This document shows, in pieces, positions 25,445 through 32,000 of a stretch of 32,000 nucleotides of DNA. This DNA is from Acaryochloris thomasi RCC1774 (lineage in GTDB: Bacteria > Cyanobacteriota > Cyanobacteriia > Thermosynechococcales > Thermosynechococcaceae): assembly GCF_003231495.1 (NCBI RefSeq), contig NZ_PQWO01000011.1, positions 120,001-152,000 of the forward strand. Reading direction: 5' to 3'. Below the pieces are notes generated by a model. That model made no database searches, had not been told where the DNA came from, and saw nothing but the letters and a program-made list of their open reading frames with translations. The translations under genes were made by a program, and so were the position numbers. The stretch's first letter is position 1. The number at the start of each line of letters is the position of its first letter.

Positions 25445-26131
25445 ATGAATCGGTCACAAACGGTCATTAGAGCGACCTGGAATTGGTTATGGGGGATGCC
25501 GATTGAGGCAGGGGGCGAAATCTCTGCTCAAATCGGTGAAGACAGCATTGATGATCTAGCCCAGTCATTTCAAAAGCTGGTTGATTCAGTGGGGCTTCAA
25601 AGGTCCGCATTAGCAGAGGCTCTGCGTTTACATGAAGAGACCGAGCAACAGGTGAAAGCCCTCGGTGAACAAGCGGAGCAACTAGTGGCGGCAGGTGAAG
25701 ACAATTCAGCCCTTGCCGTACTGGCAGAACAGGATGTTTTGGATGAGTATCGACCTCAGCTTGAGGCCCAGGTGCAGTTTGCTAAACAGAATCTAGCTGA
25801 AGGAACAGCCCGGATGCAGGAAACCCAGCTAGAGCTGAGAAAGATGCAGGCTCAGCAGAAAATGGGGGCTTCAACGATGCGGGTCACCCAAGCACTTGAG
25901 CAAGCGAACCAAGCGGCAGGCATCGATAGTCAAGCTGCAATGCGGCGCTTTGAAAAATCTCAAGCCGCAATTCAACGTCGCAATTTCAAAGCGCAGGCCA
26001 CCTCCGAGGTTCAGGGGGAATTAAAGGGAACGTCCAGAGCGATTAAAGCCCTGAATGCTCAAGAGCGCTTAGCCAAGCTGAAGGCAAAACAGGCTGCAGA
26101 CAATCTAGAAGAAGGAGAAAAACAGTCATGA
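25445..26131 (+). CDS. Divergent PspA/IM30-family (ESCRT-III-type) coiled-coil protein
   Basis: The ORF-track start at 25280 would overlap the upstream gene. The ATG at 25445 is preceded by GAAGGTGGA, giving 228 aa. The protein is almost entirely helical heptad sequence. The segment AEQLVAAGEDNSALAVLAEQ parallels the PspA hallmark A..AL..G.EdLAreAL..k. The late segment DSQAAMRRFEKSQAAIQRRNFKAQA parallels PspA ...a.FeRme.ki...eAeA. The N-terminal amphipathic stretch is TVIRATWNWLWG. Confidence 0.62.
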   Translation: MNRSQTVIRATWNWLWGMPIEAGGEISAQIGEDSIDDLAQSFQKLVDSVGLQRSALAEALRLHEETEQQVKALGEQAEQLVAAGEDNSALAVLAEQDVLDEYRPQLEAQVQFAKQNLAEGTARMQETQLELRKMQAQQKMGASTMRVTQALEQANQAAGIDSQAAMRRFEKSQAAIQRRNFKAQATSEVQGELKGTSRAIKALNAQERLAKLKAKQAADNLEEGEKQS

Positions 26132-27675
26132 CGATCGAAAGGAAAGGACTTCCTCCCATCGCGTATATCAGTGTTGCGTTGCTGGTCGGTACCGGATATT
26201 TTGGTCTCAATTTGATCAATCAAGGGGAGAGTGCTCCTCTCGCACAGGTTCAGGCTTACGGCAATGAAGAAAGACAGCTTACGGTGCTGGGCGATACGTT
26301 CTCTGGCTACAGCACGCTTAGGGCTGGTCCCTTTGCCGCGAAGGTCACCAAGGCAGAGTTGGGGATTCAGTATCAAGATGAATTTGATCAAGCTGCCAGG
26401 GCGAAGGCGCTCGGCGGTAGAGCAGACATTATTGTCACGACGCTAGACCAGTATCTTAAGCATCAGCCGAAAGGCCGGATCGTGGGCTTAATTGATAAGA
26501 CGGTGGGTGCTGATGCGGTGGTGCTCAATACTCCGCAATATCCAGACCTCAAGAGCTTGAGTGATGTTGCCAAGGTTCGGGCCTCAGTCTCTGCCCCTCT
26601 AAAGCTGGTTTATTCTGCTGGAACCCCCAGTGAGTATCTGGCGAAGCTCTTGGATCTTAAGTTTGAGGGGTTGAGCCTATCTGATTTTGAGGTTGTAGAG
26701 GTGGAGGAATCCACTCAGGCTTATGAGTTGTTGAGGTCAGATGAGCAGGTTGCGATCGCAATCCTTTGGGAACCCTTTGTTTCCAAAGCCCGCCAAGAGG
26801 GCAACACGGTTGTTCTCTCTAGTAGCGACGTTCCCGACGCCATTATTGACGTGATTGTTGCCAGCGATCAGCTCATCAAAAGTCGCCCCGATGACCTGAG
26901 CCAGTTCTTGACGCTCTACTACCAACACACCGACCAGCTTATTCGTGACTCTGGTGTACTGAGTCAGCAGATCGGCGACGACGGCGATCTCTCTACAGAT
27001 GACGCTGCTTCAGTCGCCAGTGGCATCGACTTCTTTACCGCCCTGGAGTCAAACCAGTGGATGAACGCTGGAACGCTAGAGAAACGGATTGAGACCACCT
27101 CCGCCGTCCTCTCGCTAACGGGAGAAGTAACCGACATGATCAAGAGTCCTCAAACCCTTTATACCCGTGATTTCATTGCTCAGGCTGTGAAAAATACCAA
27201 ACAGGTTGTTGCTTCAATCTCAGCCACTGATCCAGAGTTAGCGAAGGTGCTACAGGGCCAGAAGTCCTCGACCACTAAAGCAAAAGCAAAGGTTACCCCA
27301 CAGCAAATTCAAGCCGCACCGAAGGTGGGTAACTTCAAAGTTAGGGGTGAGGTCAAGTTCGCAACCGGGTCTGCCTCGCTCACGGGAGAAGGCCAATCCA
27401 CGCTCACAGCGCTAGCCAAAGAGATCAACGAATTTAATCCCGTTACCATTGCCATCAACGTCGTGGGACATACTTCAAAGACAGGTTCTACCACTACAAA
27501 CCAAGCTCTGAGTCAGCAGCGGGCGCAGGTCGTGGCGAATTATCTCCGTTCTAGCGATGTGCAGCCCACTCTCGTGGCAGAAGGCAAAGGCTTCTCTGAA
27601 CCTCTGTTAGGCATCGATCCAGCTAGCCCCGAGCAACAGCGTACAGAAATACAGCTCAGACGAGTCGGGGGATAG
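26128..27675 (+). CDS. Membrane-anchored fusion: NMT1/SsuA-type solute-binding-fold domain + C-terminal OmpA-like domain
   Basis: The ATG at 26128 overlaps the upstream stop (ATGA) and has the SD-like GAAGGAG at 26111-26117. The N-terminal TM helix is IAYISVALLVGTGYFGLNLI. The middle region (GADAVVL, TPSEYLAKLL, AILWEPFVSKA, IIDVIVAS) resembles nitrate/sulfonate/taurine-type periplasmic binding proteins. The C-terminal 113 aa (27334-27672) match the OmpA_C pattern F..GSA.L...G...L..LA......I.V.GHT...G....N..LSQQRAQ.V..YL. Confidence 0.7.
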   Translation: MTIERKGLPPIAYISVALLVGTGYFGLNLINQGESAPLAQVQAYGNEERQLTVLGDTFSGYSTLRAGPFAAKVTKAELGIQYQDEFDQAARAKALGGRADIIVTTLDQYLKHQPKGRIVGLIDKTVGADAVVLNTPQYPDLKSLSDVAKVRASVSAPLKLVYSAGTPSEYLAKLLDLKFEGLSLSDFEVVEVEESTQAYELLRSDEQVAIAILWEPFVSKARQEGNTVVLSSSDVPDAIIDVIVASDQLIKSRPDDLSQFLTLYYQHTDQLIRDSGVLSQQIGDDGDLSTDDAASVASGIDFFTALESNQWMNAGTLEKRIETTSAVLSLTGEVTDMIKSPQTLYTRDFIAQAVKNTKQVVASISATDPELAKVLQGQKSSTTKAKAKVTPQQIQAAPKVGNFKVRGEVKFATGSASLTGEGQSTLTALAKEINEFNPVTIAINVVGHTSKTGSTTTNQALSQQRAQVVANYLRSSDVQPTLVAEGKGFSEPLLGIDPASPEQQRTEIQLRRVGG

Positions 27676-27676
27676 C

Positions 27677-28141
27677 ATGATGGCTGAATCTTTACGTCAT
27701 GCTTACCGACGCTTTGGAGGCATGAAACAGTCTGAGGTGCCTTGGCTGGTTTGGCTCTTAGAGAACCCAGACAGCCCCTTGGCCCTAGCTGGAGCTATCC
27801 CGTTAAAAGAACATGATTACCTGCATATCTTGCTCAATCGAGGGAAATCCCCAGACGACGAGGCTTTTATCATTGGTTTTACAATGGGGAATGATATCCA
27901 CCTCAACAAAATTCACATATGGATATTTAAGCGGGTCGTTCGTTTTCTATACCCAACAGACTATCGACTGACACTGAAGCAGCTAGAGAGCTTTGATTTA
28001 GGACTGCAGCTCGGGAAACAACTTCCCACGAAAAATCTCTGCCGCTTTGATTATTCATCTGTTGAGAGCTGGAGCGTAGATCGAGTGAGAGCGATTCTAC
28101 ACCTCAATCCAATGGTGTCTCTTGCTAAGAGCGACAGATGA
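27677..28141 (+). CDS. Small hypothetical protein with a Coq4-type HDxxH-x11-E motif
   Basis: The ATG at 27677 (a second at 27680) lies 1 nt after the upstream stop, giving 154 aa. The motif HDYLHILLNRGKSPDDE (27812-27862) fits the Coq4-family metal-binding signature HDxxH-(x)11-E exactly. At 154 aa the ORF appears shorter than I would expect for a full Coq4 domain (not checked), so the assignment is tentative. Confidence 0.4.
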   Translation: MMAESLRHAYRRFGGMKQSEVPWLVWLLENPDSPLALAGAIPLKEHDYLHILLNRGKSPDDEAFIIGFTMGNDIHLNKIHIWIFKRVVRFLYPTDYRLTLKQLESFDLGLQLGKQLPTKNLCRFDYSSVESWSVDRVRAILHLNPMVSLAKSDR

Positions 28142-28146
28142 CAACG

Positions 28147-31100
28147 CTAGGCAGAGAAATATTTTGCGATCGCATGATATACAATAATCGCCGTCGTAGA
28201 TTGTTCTGGGTGCAACTGCTCACTCTCATCCATCGTCAGATTAATGCGCTCCGTCTCCAGTAAATTGAGCTGGGTAATCTGGTCCTGCATATTGGGGCAA
28301 GCCGGATAACCAAAGCTATAGCGAGAACCCTGATAACGCTGGGCCAGCATATCTCGAATATTGTCCGGCTCAGACTCGCCATACCCCAGCTCCTGTCGAA
28401 TTTGAACGTGGGTCCATTCAGCCAAAGCCTCTGCCGTTTGGACAGCAAGACCATTGAAATAGAGATAGTCGGTATATTCATCAGCGGCAAAAAGCTTCTG
28501 AGCGTATTCAGATGCAATCTCACCCACCGTCACCGCCTGCATCGGAAAGACATCAAAGCGACCTTGAGCCTGCTCTTTTGGTAAAAAGAAGTCAGCAATA
28601 CATAATCGTCGCAGAGATCTTTGACGCGGAAACTCAATGGTAGCAATCGGTTCAACGCCATTCGAGCTACCCCCATCTTGAGCCACCTGCGGATCATAGA
28701 TGAGCAGCGTATTCCCCTCTGACAGGCAAGGGAAATAACCATAGATGGCCTGTGGATGGAGGAGCTTCTCCGCCACAACCTTCTGCTTCCATTTCTCTAG
28801 AATCGGATAGGCTTTCTCTGCCAACATTGCGTCATAGTCTTCCCGTGACTGCTCTTTGGGTTTACGGAACTGCCACTGTCCTGCGATTAGAGCCTGCAGA
28901 TCTAAGTACCAAAACAGCTCTTCTAGAGAAACGTCCGTTGGCTGGATGACGCGAGTGCCCCAGAATGGCGGTGTGGGTCGCTCAATATCAATCTCAACCG
29001 CTTCCGAACGTCGAGTATCAACGGGGCCATCGGCCTTCGCTTGCTTTTCCTTCGGTAGCTTCTGGGCGGCGAGAGGTATCTCATCTTCTTCATCGAGGAA
29101 TCCTTTGAGGTTATCCCAGTTATCTGCGGTCTTGGCAGGCATCAGTTTTTCCATGAAGTGCAGGTCAGCAAAGGCATCTTTGCCGTAGATGACGCGACCG
29201 TTGTAGGCTCCCTGACAGTCTTGATAGACAAACTTCTGAGTCAGGGCTGCGCCCCCCAAAATAATAGGAACATCAATGCCTTTCCCGTTGAATGTTTCGA
29301 GGTTGTCCTTCATAAAGGCGGTTGATTTTACTAACAAGCCGCTCATTGCAATACAGTCAGCGCCGTGTTCTCGGTAGGCCGCAATGATGTTATCTACGGA
29401 CTGCTTAATGCCGAGGTTGATGACGGTATAGCCGTTGTTGGACAGAATAATATCGACGAGGTTTTTACCAATGTCGTGGACGTCGCCCTTAACGGTGGCA
29501 ATGATCACCGTGCCTTTGGTGCTGGCGGTGTCCTCTTTATCCATGAACGGTTCTAGAAAGGCCACTGCAGCCTTCATCGTTTGAGCCGACTGGAGCACAA
29601 AGGGGAGCTGCATTTGACCGGAGCCAAACAGTTCACCGACCACTTTCATGCCGTTGAGCAAAAAGGTGTTGATGATTTCTAGGGGTGGATACTGCTCTAG
29701 GGCTTTATTGAGCTGATCATCTAGGCCAATGCGTTCGCCATCGATAATGTGATTTTTAAGTCTCTCTTCGATGGGGAGGCTTTCATCAACGCTGCGATCG
29801 CGTTTTGTCGTCTTCCCTTCAAATAATGTTGTCAGCTTCGTCAACGGGTCGTAGGAGCAAACCTCACCGTCAAACTCACGGCGATCGTAAATGAGATCCA
29901 GGCAGACCTTTTTGTGATCTTCTTCGATCTTGGCAAGGGGCAGAATTTTGCTGGCACTAACAATGGCCGCATCCATGCCCACCGCCATCGCCTCATTGAG
30001 GAACACTGAGTTGAGGGTTACCCGTGCCGCTGGATTGAGACCAAAGGAGACATTAGAGACCCCCAGAATGATGTGACAGCCCGGAAGATTCTCTCGAATT
30101 TTCTGAATCGCCTCAACGGAGGCTTTACCATTCTCACGATCTTCTTCAATTCCAGTGGAAACCGGCAGTGCCAAAGGATCAAAAAAGATCTCATAGGCAG
30201 GGATGCCGTATTCAACAGCGGCTCGATAGGCCCGCTGGGCGATCTCGAACTTTTTCTCGGCAGTTCGAGCCATGCCGTCTTCGTCAATGGTGCCGACAAC
30301 CACACCTGCACCATATTGCTTGGCGAGTTCTAATACCTTGAAGAAGCGTTCTTCGCCATCTTCGTAGTTGGTGGAGTTGAGGATGCACTTGCCCCCGGCC
30401 ACTTTAAGACCCGCCTCCATCTTGGTCCACTCAGTTGAGTCGAGCATCAGCGGGAGCGAGACCGTATTAACCAGGCGAGAGGCCAACTCCTTCATGTCTT
30501 TTTCGCCGTCGCGGCCCACGTAGTCTACGTTGACATCGAGGATATGTGCGCCCTCTTTGACTTGCGATCGCGCTAGTCCGACCAACCCATCCCAGTCTTC
30601 ATCATTGAGCAGCGTCCGACATTTCTTAGACCCGCTGGCATTCAGCCGTTCACCTACAATCAAGAACGAGTTGTCCTGTTCATAGGACTGGGGACTCATA
30701 ATTGAGGCCGCAGACGGTGTATAAGACAATGGTGTATAGGGTGGCAAGTCAAAACGAGACCCAATTTCACGTTGCTTGGGTGTTAGATCCTTAGCCATCT
30801 CAGCAAGTTGAGCAATATGGTCTGGACGCGTACCGCAGCAGCCTCCGATAACTTGAACGCCCAAATCTTCAATGAAATGCATCAACGCCATCCGCAACTC
30901 CATCGGCGTTAAGCGATAATGAGCCTGACCTCCGACATTCTCCGGCAAACCCGCGTTGGGTATGCAGGACACTACAAAAGGAGACTGCTCAGCAAGATAC
31001 TTGATGTGCTCTTTCATTAAGTCTGGGCCTGTCGCACAGTTGAGACCCAAAATATCAATAGGATAGGGTTCCAAAACAGTCAGCGCAGCCCCAATCTCTG

Positions 31101-31719
31101 ACCCAACTAACATCGTGCCAAAGTCTTCCACCGTCACCGAGACCATCAGTGGCAGGCGAGACCCTTTCCTTGAAAAGACTTCTTCGATAGCCGTCAGCGC
31201 AGCCTTAATCTGTAAAACATCCTGGCAAGTTTCAACTAAAAGCAGATCAACCCCACCGTCATACAGCCCTTCTGCTTGTTCGATGTATGCGGCCTGCAGT
31301 GCATCAAAATCGATGTGGCCCAACGTCGGCAGCTTTGTTCCTGGTCCCATCGAACCGGCGACAAACCGGGGCTTCTCCACTGTTGAGAATTCTGCGGCGA
31401 CAGACTTCGCTAACTCTGCTGCTGTTTTGTTCAGTTCGTAGGCGCGATCGCCTAAATCGTACTCGGCCAGAGTCACAGAAGTTGCGCCAAAGGTGTCGGT
31501 CTCAACCACATTGGCACCGGCCTTGAAAAAATTACGATGGACCGTTGCCACCGCCTCTGGCTTTGTCTTTACAAGATACTCATTGCAGCCCTCATACTCA
31601 GCTCCACCAAAGTCCTTGGCAGTCAGATTTTGATCCTGCAGAGAAGTTCCCATCGCCCCGTCAAACACAATTACAGGACGCTCAGGACTGTGGAGATGGT
31701 CTAAAAAGGGGCTACGCAT
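28147..31719 (-). CDS. metH: Cobalamin-dependent methionine synthase
   Basis: The ORF is open to 31809, but the homology-like start is the ATG at 31719 ([25 protein letters not shown]). It has the Hcy-binding domain with IGGCCGT, a pterin-binding domain, the B12-binding DVHDIGKN (DxHxxG) motif and a C-terminal AdoMet-activation domain. The approximately 1190-aa length is typical. Confidence 0.95.
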   Translation of the reverse strand: MRSPFLDHLHSPERPVIVFDGAMGTSLQDQNLTAKDFGGAEYEGCNEYLVKTKPEAVATVHRNFFKAGANVVETDTFGATSVTLAEYDLGDRAYELNKTAAELAKSVAAEFSTVEKPRFVAGSMGPGTKLPTLGHIDFDALQAAYIEQAEGLYDGGVDLLLVETCQDVLQIKAALTAIEEVFSRKGSRLPLMVSVTVEDFGTMLVGSEIGAALTVLEPYPIDILGLNCATGPDLMKEHIKYLAEQSPFVVSCIPNAGLPENVGGQAHYRLTPMELRMALMHFIEDLGVQVIGGCCGTRPDHIAQLAEMAKDLTPKQREIGSRFDLPPYTPLSYTPSAASIMSPQSYEQDNSFLIVGERLNASGSKKCRTLLNDEDWDGLVGLARSQVKEGAHILDVNVDYVGRDGEKDMKELASRLVNTVSLPLMLDSTEWTKMEAGLKVAGGKCILNSTNYEDGEERFFKVLELAKQYGAGVVVGTIDEDGMARTAEKKFEIAQRAYRAAVEYGIPAYEIFFDPLALPVSTGIEEDRENGKASVEAIQKIRENLPGCHIILGVSNVSFGLNPAARVTLNSVFLNEAMAVGMDAAIVSASKILPLAKIEEDHKKVCLDLIYDRREFDGEVCSYDPLTKLTTLFEGKTTKRDRSVDESLPIEERLKNHIIDGERIGLDDQLNKALEQYPPLEIINTFLLNGMKVVGELFGSGQMQLPFVLQSAQTMKAAVAFLEPFMDKEDTASTKGTVIIATVKGDVHDIGKNLVDIILSNNGYTVINLGIKQSVDNIIAAYREHGADCIAMSGLLVKSTAFMKDNLETFNGKGIDVPIILGGAALTQKFVYQDCQGAYNGRVIYGKDAFADLHFMEKLMPAKTADNWDNLKGFLDEEDEIPLAAQKLPKEKQAKADGPVDTRRSEAVEIDIERPTPPFWGTRVIQPTDVSLEELFWYLDLQALIAGQWQFRKPKEQSREDYDAMLAEKAYPILEKWKQKVVAEKLLHPQAIYGYFPCLSEGNTLLIYDPQVAQDGGSSNGVEPIATIEFPRQRSLRRLCIADFFLPKEQAQGRFDVFPMQAVTVGEIASEYAQKLFAADEYTDYLYFNGLAVQTAEALAEWTHVQIRQELGYGESEPDNIRDMLAQRYQGSRYSFGYPACPNMQDQITQLNLLETERINLTMDESEQLHPEQSTTAIIVYHAIAKYFSA

Positions 31720-32000
31720 AGGACTGCCATAGGACTGCATCAGACAAGAAAAAATTAGTAATTTCGCTGCAATCAGGATAATCGCTAGAATTGCTATCCA
31801 TTGTGCCAAGTTTTAGACACGGTGTTCCAGCGTCGTCGCTCAAGAAAGCAGTTTTCAAAGGATCATTGTGCTATTAGCCTCGCAAAGCTTGTCAACCTTG
31901 AAGCAGTCGCTTTACTCTGTAATCGCATAGACTGCCCGATAAAGATAACTAATTGAAGCAATAAAAAAATCTATTGTCTGATGCCTCTACTTGAGCGACC

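Noticed and set aside
31720-31809. N-terminal 30-residue hydrophobic extension of MetH, which could suggest a membrane-anchored methionine synthase
   Set aside because: MetH is a soluble enzyme. The extension depends on an 11-nt tandem duplication for its frame, and the conserved N-terminus starts at the ATG at 31719.
31810-32000. Possible cobalamin riboswitch or other leader element upstream of metH
   Set aside because: I could not recognise a B12-box-like core or a convincing multi-stem structure. B12 riboswitches typically control metE or B12 uptake/biosynthesis genes rather than metH.
1-32000. Scan for tRNA/rRNA genes, CRISPR arrays, transposases/integrases and long inverted or direct repeats bounding islands
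   Set aside because: I found no T-loop-like GGTTCGAATCC-type motifs in intergenic regions, no spaced identical repeats and no transposase-like or integrase-like ORFs. Absence judged by eye is not proof, so a tRNAscan, Infernal or ISfinder run would settle it.

Overview
This window looks like a cyanobacterial chromosome segment. It carries 21 copies of the HIP1 octamer GCGATCGC and several cyanobacteria-typical families (DUF2808-like, DUF1400-like, cyanobacterial-type GshA). I support 26 CDSs, three hairpin terminators and one coding tandem repeat. I recognised no rRNA, tRNA, CRISPR array, transposase or integrase. Most genes are housekeeping: rnj, gatA, a class-I aminotransferase, M23 and NlpC/P60 wall hydrolases, trmL, gshA, a ypfJ-like metalloprotease, a short transaldolase, a GNAT and metH. 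Two accessory blocks stand out. Block 1 (14.0-23.7 kb) starts with a UPF0175/DUF3368 toxin-antitoxin pair. It is followed, beyond a divergent NlpC/P60 gene, by a tight co-directional four-gene cassette: HTH + AAA_35/STAND-like NTPase; AAA_35/STAND-like NTPase + hydrophobic helix + 7-bladed WD40; SNF2 translocase; SWIM zinc-finger protein. Neither NTPase protein has a recognisable effector domain. I do not know a described system with this composition. Block 2 (25.0-28.1 kb) is a tight four-gene cassette encoding a small membrane-anchored DUF1523-like protein, a divergent PspA/IM30 (ESCRT-III-type) coiled-coil protein, a TM + solute-binding-fold + OmpA-like fusion, and a small protein with the Coq4 HDxxH-x11-E metal motif. 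It is a candidate envelope or membrane-remodelling module. All family assignments come from motif reading and recollection of family consensus. No searches were run.
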